Below are positions 20,782 through 30,571 of a stretch of 64,000 nt of DNA, piece after piece. The stretch is taken from contig JBKBNI010000007.1 in the NCBI GenBank assembly GCA_046295455.1, positions 89,899 through 153,898 of the forward strand, read 5' to 3'. How positions within the stretch are numbered: the stretch's first letter is position 1; each line of letters begins with the position of its first letter. The DNA comes from Thermaurantimonas sp. (GTDB lineage: Bacteria > Bacteroidota > Bacteroidia > Flavobacteriales > Schleiferiaceae). A program made the position numbers and the translations under genes. Below the pieces are notes generated by a model. It was not told the DNA's origin and did no database searches. It saw only the letters and a program-made list of their open reading frames with translations.

Positions 20782-21729
20782 ATGGTTCGGTTTGTACTGC
20801 TAATCTTTTGTCTATTGTATTCACTAAATCTGTTTTCTCAGGAATATACCTATGGTCTGGTGCTTCATGGAGGTGCTGGTAATATGAGGCTCAAGAATCA
20901 ACCTGAGAAAGCTCGAATGTATATAAACAGTCTTCAGGCTGCCCTTGACAGCGGATACCGTATGCTTCAAATGGGATTTTCTTCTGAAGAAGTGGTTGTC
21001 GCCGTGGTGACACTTTTAGAAAACGATTCTCTCTTCAACGCGGGCAGAGGTGCCGTACTTACCCATCAAGGGATTGCCGAGCTTGATGCTTCCCTTATGA
21101 CCGGCCATGATCAGAATGCGGGTGCAGTCTGTGGAGTCAAACAAATTAAAAATCCAATTCTTGCCGCACAATATGTAAAAAACCACAGCGAACATGTAAT
21201 GCTGTCCGGAAGGGGCGCTGAGCAGTTCGCTATTGTTCAGGGATTGGATACCGTGCCAAATTCGTATTTTATCACCGAAGAAGTTCGTCGCAAATGGATC
21301 GAAGCGTCCCAAAGTGAAAAATTTGGAACGGTTGGATGCGTAGCTCTTGACCGTAAGGGCAATTTGGCCGCAGGGACTTCTACCGGAGGTATGATGATGA
21401 AAAAGTTTGGCCGGATCGGTGATGCACCCATCATTGGAGCGGGCACCTTCGCCAAAAATGGTCTGATTGCAGTAAGCTGTACCGGTCATGGAGAATATTT
21501 CATTCGCACGTCGGCGGCTTACCAGATCGCTGCCCGTATAGAATATGGAAAGCAAAAGCCCACCAAAGCCATACGCGAAACCCTGAAAACAATAAAAGAA
21601 TTGGGTGGAACCGGCGGTGTCATTGCAATTGACTCAAAAGGGAATATATACCACGAATACACCACTGAAGGAATGTTCCGGGCAGGACGAAATAGTCGCG
21701 GGGATTCGTTCGTAAAAATTTATGAATGA
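20782..21729 (+). CDS. isoaspartyl peptidase/L-asparaginase (Ntn hydrolase)
   Basis: LHGGAG, FNAGRGAV, GTVGCVA autocleavage Thr, TSTGG, GRIGDAPIIGAG, TGHGE. Confidence 0.93.
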   Translation: MVRFVLLIFCLLYSLNLFSQEYTYGLVLHGGAGNMRLKNQPEKARMYINSLQAALDSGYRMLQMGFSSEEVVVAVVTLLENDSLFNAGRGAVLTHQGIAELDASLMTGHDQNAGAVCGVKQIKNPILAAQYVKNHSEHVMLSGRGAEQFAIVQGLDTVPNSYFITEEVRRKWIEASQSEKFGTVGCVALDRKGNLAAGTSTGGMMMKKFGRIGDAPIIGAGTFAKNGLIAVSCTGHGEYFIRTSAAYQIAARIEYGKQKPTKAIRETLKTIKELGGTGGVIAIDSKGNIYHEYTTEGMFRAGRNSRGDSFVKIYE

Positions 21730-21747
21730 TTTGTTATGTGCAAAATA

Positions 21748-22524
21748 TCAAATCCTCCGGCGAATTTGGCTTTCGGAAGGTTTCGATTGATTTTTTAAGA
21801 CTTTGATGTTAAGCAATTCGACAAAAACAGAAAACGCCATTGCGAAGTAAATGTAGCCTTTGGGTATCCCCTGATCCAGGCCCTCCATGAGGAGAGATAC
21901 TCCAATGAGCAGTAAAAAACTGAGCGCAAGAATCTTGATCGTTGGATGTCGCTCTACGAAACTGCTTATCGAGTGCATGGACACCATCATCACTCCCACT
22001 GCTATCACGATGGCTGTAATCATGACCCATACCCGGTCAGCCATGCCAATCGCGGTAATAACACTGTCTAATGAAAAAACAATATCGAGGAGCAGAATCT
22101 GCACGATTACTGACGTGAAGGTTACTGTCTTGATGGATGAAGCGGGTAAATCAGAGTTTCCCTCCAGCTTGTGATGAATTTCGCTTGTGCTTTTGTATAT
22201 CAAAAACAGCCCACCTGAGAGTAAAATCAGGTCGCGACCGGAAATTCCGCGAGTTTCATCTCCCAAAAATCCAAACGGTAGCTCAAACAGAGGGCGGGTG
22301 AGGTTCATCATCCACTGCAGCGAGAGGAGTAACATAATCCGAAGACCCATGGCCAGTATTAGCCCTAACTGCCTTGCTTTTGCCTGCTGTTCTTTTGGGA
22401 GTTTTGAGGATAATATACTGATAAAGATGATGTTGTCAATGCCCAGTACGATTTCTAAAACCGTAAGGGTAATGAGGGATGCAGCAATTTCCATGGAAAA
22501 TTGTTGAATGAAATTCAAGCTCAA
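21748..22524 (-). CDS. TerC family integral membrane protein
   Basis: LEIVLGIDNIIFI, DIVFSLDSVITA, IPKGYIYFAMAFS; start may be ATG 22494. Confidence 0.93.
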   Translation of the reverse strand: MSLNFIQQFSMEIAASLITLTVLEIVLGIDNIIFISILSSKLPKEQQAKARQLGLILAMGLRIMLLLSLQWMMNLTRPLFELPFGFLGDETRGISGRDLILLSGGLFLIYKSTSEIHHKLEGNSDLPASSIKTVTFTSVIVQILLLDIVFSLDSVITAIGMADRVWVMITAIVIAVGVMMVSMHSISSFVERHPTIKILALSFLLLIGVSLLMEGLDQGIPKGYIYFAMAFSVFVELLNIKVLKNQSKPSESQIRRRI

Positions 22525-22862
22525 AAATATTGGTAGGCGTTAGTCTGAAAAAAGCTACTGAGTTGTGAAAGCAAAAATTTTTCGGCATACATTATTTTGG
22601 GTATAATTCTCACAAAATTTAACTTCTGTCGAGAAGCTACATGCCGGAGAATTTCTTTATTAACTCTATAAGATAAGTGTATTATAGCAGTAATTAAAAT
22701 TCTAGTTGACGTACTATTCCAATCAAAACGAAATTTTTATCAACTAAATCTCAATTGAAATTTAAAAACAAATCGTGTTTTTAAGCTGTACTTCTATACA
22801 CCTTTTCTTAGATTAATAATAATTCAATACAAATTTTGGCTTTTATCATTCGAATTAAATTC

Positions 22863-22870
22863 TACTTTTG
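22863..22870 (+). promoter_or_regulatory. -7 promoter element (TACTTTTG) for the CoA-transferase/GATase/ATP-grasp unit
   Basis: TAnnTTTG ending 23 nt before ATG 22893. Confidence 0.55.
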
Positions 22871-22892
22871 TGACGTTATATGAATTTAAATA

Positions 22893-23606
22893 ATGATTAA
22901 CAAAGCTGTTAAAGATGCTGAGGAAGCCATCAGGGGTCTGGCGCATGGAATGACTGTGATGTTTGGAGGTTTTGGCTTATGCGGAATCCCTGAAAACTGC
23001 ATCTCGGCAATTCGTAATTCCGGAATCAAAAACCTGACCTGTATCAGCAATAATGCAGGAGTGGATGATTTTGGGCTTGGTCTGCTTCTTCAGACGCGAC
23101 AAATCAAGAAAATGATCGCCTCATACGTAGGCGAAAATGACGAATTCGAACGACAAATGCTAAGCGGAGAGTTAGAGGTAGAACTCATTCCGCAGGGGAC
23201 CTTGGCTGAGAGGTGCAGGGCCGCCGGTGCTGGAATTCCCGCATTTTTTACTCCGGCGGGATATGGTACGGAAGTAGCTGAAGGAAAGGAAGTTCGCTTC
23301 TTTGGTGGCAAGGCATACATTCTAGAACATGCTTTCGATGCACAGTTCGCCTTTGTCAAAGCATGGAAAGGAGATACAGCCGGAAACCTGATATACAAGG
23401 GTACAGCTTTGAACTTCAACCATGTAATGGCGATGGCCGGAAGAATTACAGTGGCCGAGGTAGAAGAGCTCGTCCCTGCAGGCCAATTGGACCCAAATTT
23501 TATACACACTCCGGGAATATTCGTACAGCGAATTTTCCAGGGCAAATCGTATGAAAAGCGCATCGAACAGCGCACCGTCAGAAAAAGGGAAAAAACATCC
23601 ATTTGA
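22893..23606 (+). CDS. scoA: succinyl-CoA:3-oxoacid CoA-transferase subunit A
   Basis: [37 protein letters not shown]. Confidence 0.93.
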   Translation: MINKAVKDAEEAIRGLAHGMTVMFGGFGLCGIPENCISAIRNSGIKNLTCISNNAGVDDFGLGLLLQTRQIKKMIASYVGENDEFERQMLSGELEVELIPQGTLAERCRAAGAGIPAFFTPAGYGTEVAEGKEVRFFGGKAYILEHAFDAQFAFVKAWKGDTAGNLIYKGTALNFNHVMAMAGRITVAEVEELVPAGQLDPNFIHTPGIFVQRIFQGKSYEKRIEQRTVRKREKTSI

Positions 23607-23618
23607 ATCACTTTGATA

Positions 23619-24455
23619 ATGAAGAAGGCCTTTAGGGTGGCAATATTGGATATGTATATCGGAGAGCCCAACCAGGGCAAAAAAGGAATACATAGCATTG
23701 TACAGGACTTTTGTGAAGAGCATGATTTAATCCCGGATATCACGGAATACGATACCCGAGGATCCGCACATGTACCTGATCTGAATTATGACGCCTACAT
23801 CTCTACCGGAGGTCCCGGTAGCCCGATCGAAAGCGAAGGAAGCGAATGGGAAAACGCTTATTTTGATTTTGTTGAAAAACTCAGAGCTCATAATCGCAGA
23901 TTTTCAAACAAAAAACTATTGTTTCTCATTTGTCACAGTTTTCAAATTTTTGTCAGACATTATGGTCTGGGAAAGCTTTCGAAGCGTAAATCGACTTCTT
24001 TCGGAATATTCCCGATTCATAAGACCTCGGAGGGGAAAAACGACCGCTATCTGGCAGAATTACCGGATCCCTTCTGGGCGGTAGATAGTCGCGATTATCA
24101 AATCACTGAGCCTAATGAAGTAGCCCTGAATCTGATGGGGAGCGCCATCCTCGCCATTGAGAAGCTAAGACCTCAGGTCAAGCTGGAGAGAGCGGTCATG
24201 TGCATGCGATTTGATGATCACATCTTTGGTACTCAATTCCATCCGGAAGCTAATGTAGAAGGAATGCTGAGCTATCTGCACAATCCTGAGAAGAAAAAGT
24301 ATATCATCGAAACCTATGGTGAAGAGAAATATTACGATATGCTCAAAAGGATAAATGACTCGGATAAAATTATACTTACCCGCAATACCGTCATCATGTC
24401 TTTTTTAAAAGAGGCATATGAAATAAAACAAAAAAGCAGAAAGGAATATGCATAA
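23619..24455 (+). CDS. class I glutamine amidotransferase-like protein
   Basis: ISTGGPGSP oxyanion strand, ICHSFQ nucleophile Cys, TQFHPE His-Glu. Confidence 0.88.
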   Translation: MKKAFRVAILDMYIGEPNQGKKGIHSIVQDFCEEHDLIPDITEYDTRGSAHVPDLNYDAYISTGGPGSPIESEGSEWENAYFDFVEKLRAHNRRFSNKKLLFLICHSFQIFVRHYGLGKLSKRKSTSFGIFPIHKTSEGKNDRYLAELPDPFWAVDSRDYQITEPNEVALNLMGSAILAIEKLRPQVKLERAVMCMRFDDHIFGTQFHPEANVEGMLSYLHNPEKKKYIIETYGEEKYYDMLKRINDSDKIILTRNTVIMSFLKEAYEIKQKSRKEYA

Positions 24456-25650
24456 GAAATACAGAGAGTCCTTTAATGCAAAGTACTCAACCGAATTATA
24501 CCAAAAATTTCTCAACCGGATATACTCAGATTTCCAGTACAAAATACCCTTTCGAGTGGCTGAAAGTCCTGTTTTTTTTTCAGCTGCAGAGAAAAAAAAT
24601 TTTATGGATGCTGCCGAAGATATCCTTTCTCAGGTGCTTTCATTGGATTTGGATAATATTTCGGGTGGCAATATACCATCGGACAGACGCGTACCAGGTG
24701 ACGAAGGCAAGCCGCATTTTATTGCCATCGATTTTGGTCTGACGGTAGATTCGCTAGGAAACATTCACCCCAAGCTCATCGAGCTGCAAGGATTTCCATC
24801 GCTATTTTACTATCAGCCCTGGATATTCAGCCATTATAAAAATCACTATAACCTTCCAGATCATTTGTCTCCATTTTTCTGTGAGAATGGAGAACATCAA
24901 TACTATGAATACCTTCAGAATATAATTGTAGGAGATTGCGATAAAGAAAATGTCATATTGCTTGAAATAGAGCCGGAAAAACAAAACACTGCCATTGATT
25001 TTTTTGTAACAAAAAAAGTATTGGGTATCGAATATGTATGCCTCACCCAGCTGAGTACAAAGGGAGATAAAATATTTTACAAAAAAGGCGGAAAAGAAAT
25101 ACAAGTCAAGCGTATTTATAATCGGATTATTTTTGATGAATTGGATCAAAGAAAGGATCTGCAGTATGCCATTGATTTCCAAAAGTCCTATGACGTAAAG
25201 TGGATCACCCATCCAAATTGGTTTTTTAAAATTTCAAAGATCCTTTTGCCTCACATACAAAGCCAGTATTCTCCAAAATGTATCAGGCTTTCGGACTTAA
25301 AAGAAATTCCTGAAAATCTTGAGGATTTTGTACTAAAACCTCTGTTTAGCTTTTCGGGCAGTGGGGTTGTCTTCCACGTGCGTAAAGCAGATATTGACGC
25401 CATACCTGATGACCAACGCGACAACTTTGTCTTGCAGGAGAAGGTCACCTATGCCGAATTAATCACTGACCCGGGAGACGTTCAAAAATCAAAGGCCGAA
25501 TTCAGGTTGCTCTATGTGTGGCCCGAACATCTTGAAAGACCTGTTCCGGTGATCAATCTGATGCGATTGAGTAAGGGTGAGATGATCGGGGTTAAGTATA
25601 ATAAAAACAAAACTTGGGTAGGCGGTACGATAGGTTTATTTGAGCAATAA
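24448..25650 (+). CDS. circularly permuted ATP-grasp (glutathionylspermidine/glutathione synthetase-like) amidoligase, uncharacterised
   Basis: IDFGL...PKLIELQ near the N-terminus, RIYNR, HPNWFFKISK, VLKPLFSFSGSGV, LQEKV, EFRL. Confidence 0.7.
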   Translation: MHKKYRESFNAKYSTELYQKFLNRIYSDFQYKIPFRVAESPVFFSAAEKKNFMDAAEDILSQVLSLDLDNISGGNIPSDRRVPGDEGKPHFIAIDFGLTVDSLGNIHPKLIELQGFPSLFYYQPWIFSHYKNHYNLPDHLSPFFCENGEHQYYEYLQNIIVGDCDKENVILLEIEPEKQNTAIDFFVTKKVLGIEYVCLTQLSTKGDKIFYKKGGKEIQVKRIYNRIIFDELDQRKDLQYAIDFQKSYDVKWITHPNWFFKISKILLPHIQSQYSPKCIRLSDLKEIPENLEDFVLKPLFSFSGSGVVFHVRKADIDAIPDDQRDNFVLQEKVTYAELITDPGDVQKSKAEFRLLYVWPEHLERPVPVINLMRLSKGEMIGVKYNKNKTWVGGTIGLFEQ

Positions 25651-26259
25651 CCCCTTGATAATAAGGAGTAGTCCAAAAATTCCCAATATGAGGCTGACAG
25701 CGGCATTCATGCGGTGCATGTGAGTTGGAGTCAAGTAATCCCGCATTTTTCTGGCAAAGATGATTTTGATGACATCTACTGAAAAATAGGTACCGATTGT
25801 GATTGAGAAATACAGAAGCATTTTTTGTATTTCATATTCATATCTGTTTCCGATGATTACAATGCTTGTCATCCAATAGGCCAGCACACCTACGTTCATA
25901 AAATTAATCAAAAAACCTTTTATAAAATTTTTTCCATAGCTGCTTTGTATTTGTATTTGTATTTTTTCGCTTTGGAGGTTTCTTTTTTTGTAAAAAGAAA
26001 AGATCGCATATGCCAATATAATTAAACCTCCTACTATGTAGATGGAATTGTTTCCGATGATGCTTTTTAATAACGGCTCGCTACCATAGAAAGCCAATAA
26101 AATAAGAAAAATATCTGAGAGAATCACACCTGTATTGAATACCAATGCTTTCCATGCGCCTCGATAAATGCTTGTTTCTATCAGTAGAACGAAGACCGGA
26201 CCAATCATAAAACTCAAGGTAATTCCCAGCAAGACAGCTGCTGCGATTAGTTCGATCAC
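25636..26259 (-). CDS. LysE family translocator
   Basis: LSFMIGPVFVLLIETS, GVILSD, KGFLINFMN; about six hydrophobic segments; GTG start. Confidence 0.88.
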   Translation of the reverse strand: MIELIAAAVLLGITLSFMIGPVFVLLIETSIYRGAWKALVFNTGVILSDIFLILLAFYGSEPLLKSIIGNNSIYIVGGLIILAYAIFSFYKKRNLQSEKIQIQIQSSYGKNFIKGFLINFMNVGVLAYWMTSIVIIGNRYEYEIQKMLLYFSITIGTYFSVDVIKIIFARKMRDYLTPTHMHRMNAAVSLILGIFGLLLIIKGLLLK

Positions 26260-26687
26260 TCCGCTGCAGTATTTTTAATTTTCTGGCTTAATTCATCGAC
26301 AATCTCTTCAAGTCTGGTGATTTTTTCTGATAGATTTTTATTTTCATTTTCAATTTTTTTGATAAGTTGATTTTTTTTGTCAATATCTGTATTCAATCTA
26401 AGAATGACTTGAGATTTTTCTTCAATTTCATTCGTAAGTTGATTCACTCTATCGTTGAGATTTGAGATTTCGTCAGAGAGTTGCTTTTTGATTTTTTCAT
26501 ACTCCGAAGACTTAATATATGTGTATGTAATAAATATAAGAAAAGCACCTGAAAAAATGTAATTGGTAATTTTACCAGAGTAAACAGAGGATGCGTCAAA
26601 GAATCCAAAATAAATGGCAGCAAATATTGAAAGTGAGCCGACTACGAGGGTTAATAGCTCAATTTTTTTTGAGTTCATCAATTTCAA
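26256..26687 (-). CDS. hypothetical protein with two TM helices and a C-terminal coiled coil
   Basis: ORF between rnr and the LysE gene; hydrophobic N-terminus, heptad-like K/E/N/Q-rich C-terminus. Confidence 0.7.
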   Translation of the reverse strand: MKLMNSKKIELLTLVVGSLSIFAAIYFGFFDASSVYSGKITNYIFSGAFLIFITYTYIKSSEYEKIKKQLSDEISNLNDRVNQLTNEIEEKSQVILRLNTDIDKKNQLIKKIENENKNLSEKITRLEEIVDELSQKIKNTAAE

Positions 26688-26714
26688 ATTTGAGCGAAAG
26701 TAAATCCAAAAAAT

Positions 26715-28868
26715 CTACTCAACAATGGAAAAATCGATTTGCTTTCGCTGTAAATCGGCTTTTTTTACTCTAACCTTGACTTTGTCACCGAGCTGGTATA
26801 CTTTGCCCTTTCGGGTGCCTGTGATTTGATAGTTGTCTTCATCGTAGATGTAGAAGTCGCTTTTGAAGTCTCCGATTCGGATCATGCCTTCACATTTGCT
26901 TTCAGTAAGTTCTACATACACACCCCATTCTGTCACTCCAGAAATCACTCCATCGAATATCTGGCCGATTTTGTCTGACAGATATTTGGTCATCATGTAT
27001 TTGACAGAGGCTTTTTCGGCATCAGCAGCTAATTTTTCGCGTAAGGAAGCGTGTTTGCACCGATCTTCCCATTCATTTTTGTTTTTTGCTTCGCGACCTT
27101 CGAGGTGCAACTGAAGGATGCGATGTACCATCACATCTGGATACCGCCTGATGGGAGATGTGAAGTGCGTGTAGTAGTCAAATCCGAGACCGTAATGCCC
27201 TCTGTTTTTTGTGCTGTACACGGCTTTGGCCATTGATCGTATTGCTAATGTTTCGATAAGATTTTGCTCGGGTTTTCCTTTTACTGATTCCAGCATGGAG
27301 TTTATGGTGTTTGTGATTTGCTTCCGGCTTGTAATCGTTAAATTGTATCCGAATTTTGAGACAAAGTTTTTAAGCTCAAGGAGTTTTTCAGGGTCCGGAT
27401 CATCGTGCACCCGATAGACCATTATTCGACCGGAAGCTTTACCTTCCGGGGTGCGGCCTACTTCCATAGCGACATACTTATTTGCCAGGAGCATAAATTC
27501 CTCAATGAGGTGATTGCTATCACCGATTCTTTTTTGGTACACACCTACAGGATTGGCGTGTTTATCCAGTTTAAATTTAATTTCTGTCTTATCAAATCCG
27601 ATAGAGCCGGCCTTAAAGCGCGCTTCCCTGAGTTTTTTAGCGATGGAATCCAGTATTTTCAATTCATTGGCAAAGTCGCCTTTTCCTGTTTTTAAGATAT
27701 CTTCTGCTTCCTCGTAGGTGAAACGTCGGTTGGAGTGAATGACCGTGCGACCGAACCACTTGCCGTGAACCTTTCCCTCTTTATCCATTTCAAATATTGC
27801 TGAGAAGCAATACTTGTCTTCGTGAGGCCGGAGGGAGCAGAGAAAGTTTGACAATTTTTCGGGCAGCATTGGCACCACCCGATCTACAAGATAGACGGAT
27901 GTACCTCTTCGGAAGGCCTCTTCGTCAAGCCTGGAGCCGGGTTTTACGTAGTGTGTCACGTCGGCAATATGTACGCCAATTTCGAAATGACCGTTTTCGA
28001 GGGCACGTAGCGAGAGTGCATCGTCAAAGTCTTTGGCATCTTCAGGGTCGATGGTAAAGGTGGTTATGCCCCTCATGTCACGACGTCGGTTTATTTCAGT
28101 GGCGTCTAATGCTTCCGGGATCTGCTCTGCCTCCAGTTCGACATCGCGCGGAAATTCATAGGGAAGGTCGAATTCGGCCAGGATCGAATGAATTTCTGTT
28201 TCATGATCACCGGGTTGACCCAGGATTTTCACAATTTTTCCGAATGGGCTGGAAGCCAGTTCCGGCCAGTCGGTCATTTCGACCAAGACCTTATCGCCGT
28301 TTTGAGCACCGTTACGATATTCTTCTCCTATGTAGAAGTCGGTGTAGACTTTCTTATTATCCGGCACTACAAATCCGTATTTCTTGCTTGCAGCCATATA
28401 GGTGCCTACGAATTCTTTTTTTGCACGCTGGAGTATAGAGGTCACTTCACCGTGGGGAAGTCCCTTTTTGCGATAAGCATAGAGCATGATTTGTACCCTA
28501 TCGCCATTGAGCGCATGGTTGAGACATTCCTTACTTATGAATACATCCCGGCTCTGAGTACCATCGGGATTGGGATCTGGGATGAAGTATCCGTGACCTG
28601 CGGAAGTGATGTCAATTGTGCCAACAAGGTATTGATTTTCAAGCCTAAATGTATATTTTCCCTCTGAAGGGGACTCAATTTTTTTATCTTTGACCAGTTG
28701 GTCCAAACAAAGTCTGACCAGCGCGCGGTCTTCTTTGGATTTTACTTCTATTCTTGAGCTTATTTGCTTGTAATTCAATTGTTTACTGGCTTCTTTGCTC
28801 AGAACTTTCAGGATTTTTTCTTTCAGATCGGACAGTTTATCCGTTTTAGAGTTTTTATTCTTGTTCAT
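26715..28868 (-). CDS. rnr: ribonuclease R
   Basis: TIDPEDAKDFDDA, HIADVTHYV, IEEFMLLAN, HFTSPIRRYPD, C-terminal S1 domain. Confidence 0.97.
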   Translation of the reverse strand: MNKNKNSKTDKLSDLKEKILKVLSKEASKQLNYKQISSRIEVKSKEDRALVRLCLDQLVKDKKIESPSEGKYTFRLENQYLVGTIDITSAGHGYFIPDPNPDGTQSRDVFISKECLNHALNGDRVQIMLYAYRKKGLPHGEVTSILQRAKKEFVGTYMAASKKYGFVVPDNKKVYTDFYIGEEYRNGAQNGDKVLVEMTDWPELASSPFGKIVKILGQPGDHETEIHSILAEFDLPYEFPRDVELEAEQIPEALDATEINRRRDMRGITTFTIDPEDAKDFDDALSLRALENGHFEIGVHIADVTHYVKPGSRLDEEAFRRGTSVYLVDRVVPMLPEKLSNFLCSLRPHEDKYCFSAIFEMDKEGKVHGKWFGRTVIHSNRRFTYEEAEDILKTGKGDFANELKILDSIAKKLREARFKAGSIGFDKTEIKFKLDKHANPVGVYQKRIGDSNHLIEEFMLLANKYVAMEVGRTPEGKASGRIMVYRVHDDPDPEKLLELKNFVSKFGYNLTITSRKQITNTINSMLESVKGKPEQNLIETLAIRSMAKAVYSTKNRGHYGLGFDYYTHFTSPIRRYPDVMVHRILQLHLEGREAKNKNEWEDRCKHASLREKLAADAEKASVKYMMTKYLSDKIGQIFDGVISGVTEWGVYVELTESKCEGMIRIGDFKSDFYIYDEDNYQITGTRKGKVYQLGDKVKVRVKKADLQRKQIDFSIVE

Positions 28869-30201
28869 TGTTTGTGTTCATTTCGGTGGAAGTCACCCGG
28901 GCAGATGCGCTTCCGTCTTTTAAAAATATTTGAATAAGTTGATTGGGCATGAGTTGGTCGACGGATGTTATATGTATTCCATCGGATTGGACGTAAGCAT
29001 AACCCTTTTTGAGAATGTTTTTTGGATCCTGAATTCGGATGATGCGTTCCAGATTAGACAAATCTTTGTGTAGGCGGGTAATAAAATCTGATGCACTCTT
29101 CTCAATGGTTCGGAGCTGCTCGTATATATTTCGGTAGCCTGTATAGGTAATCCTGAATGCCGATCCTGAGATATTAGCTATCAAATCATCAATCAAATTT
29201 CGCTGATGTGCAAATTGCTTTTTTGAGTGTGAGATCAGGATTGATACAAGGTTTGAGAGGCTGTTGTACAGACGATTTAGGGATTTGATGGCGTGATTGC
29301 TTACAGTTTCGGCAGCCATTGTGAGCTCAAATTCTTTTGTTTTAAAAATGTTTACATAATATTCTCCCAAGGCAGTAGGTGTGATGGCGTGATGAAAGGC
29401 AGTCATCTCTGCTACGGTCAGATTGGTCGAGTGTCCGATTCCGGTGAAAACGGGCAATGGAAACAGGCAAATGTCTCTACACAGATCCAGGTTGTTGTAA
29501 CATGTGAGACCGGCCTCACCACCTCCGCCACGGATAATCATCACGGCATCAAATTCGGACTTTACAGATTTAATTTTTTGCAATTGTGCCCGGATACTCG
29601 CTACTGCTCCATCGCCTTGGAGCAAGGCGGGAAACATCATAAAAAAAAGTCCGTAATGCTCAAAGTAGGGCTCGACGACTTTTTTGAAATCTGCCCAGCC
29701 TTTGCTTGTTTCTACTGAAATGACAGCCACATTTTTCGGCAGATCGCGTATAACTGCCTGTTTATTGCGTTCGAAAATATTTTCTGACTTCAGACGCTTT
29801 ATGGTCTGCAATTTTTCCTTTTCGATTACACCGAGATTAAATGTGGAGTCTATTTGGTAGATTCGGAGGCTGATACCATGCACGGCGTCATAGGTAATCC
29901 CTGCTTCAAATAAAATTTCGATGCCCTCTGTAAGTGGTTGTTGAATCTCGCGTAAAAAAGAGACCTGGATTCTCATCAAATCGCTTTTCCAGATGACTCC
30001 TCTCATCTGAGCGATGATTCTGCCATCATCTTTTTGCACCAGGTCCGGATAGGCGTGTCCGCTGTACTTATAATAGTTCAGTTTCATCAGCTCAGCCCTC
30101 ACCCAGAATCGCTTTGTGTAGCGTTCTTCAAGAGTCTTTTTTATGCTTTTACATACTTCGTAGAGCGTAAAAATGGTGCGAGTTTCCGTTTTTTCGGGCA
30201 T
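28855..30201 (-). CDS. xseA: exodeoxyribonuclease VII large subunit
   Basis: N-terminal OB fold (SGHAYPDL), ALLQGDGA, IIRGGGG, TGIGH, TPTA, PKNILKKGY. Confidence 0.93.
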   Translation of the reverse strand: MPEKTETRTIFTLYEVCKSIKKTLEERYTKRFWVRAELMKLNYYKYSGHAYPDLVQKDDGRIIAQMRGVIWKSDLMRIQVSFLREIQQPLTEGIEILFEAGITYDAVHGISLRIYQIDSTFNLGVIEKEKLQTIKRLKSENIFERNKQAVIRDLPKNVAVISVETSKGWADFKKVVEPYFEHYGLFFMMFPALLQGDGAVASIRAQLQKIKSVKSEFDAVMIIRGGGGEAGLTCYNNLDLCRDICLFPLPVFTGIGHSTNLTVAEMTAFHHAITPTALGEYYVNIFKTKEFELTMAAETVSNHAIKSLNRLYNSLSNLVSILISHSKKQFAHQRNLIDDLIANISGSAFRITYTGYRNIYEQLRTIEKSASDFITRLHKDLSNLERIIRIQDPKNILKKGYAYVQSDGIHITSVDQLMPNQLIQIFLKDGSASARVTSTEMNTNNEQE

Positions 30202-30571
30202 ATTTGAGACTTCTTACTTGATTTAGGACAAAGAAACTGTATTTTGATGAAAACCTAAGTCTGATGTGGAGAGGTACTCCAGAGCGATGGACTTTTTGGT
30301 TTATCGAAGTGGCTTCTCCTTTAATTTGAAAGATTGACATTAATATGGCAACTTCTACAGAGAGCGGGATTTTGGGATGATTAAAAAAGATGTGGAAGAA
30401 TTTTTACTTTTACTTTTTTTTTAAAAAATACCATTCTTGTTCGATATTGACCTAAATGTTTGTAATGTGACATATTACAAGAGTGTTGTTTAAAAATTTA
30501 TGATAAATGTTGAATAAAAGGGTTGTAATTTTTTTTAAAACTTATATTTGTTGCAAATTAAACTTGCTTTT

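Noticed and set aside
22525-22700. yybP-ykoY manganese riboswitch upstream of terC
   Set aside because: I could not find the conserved riboswitch core motifs on the minus strand
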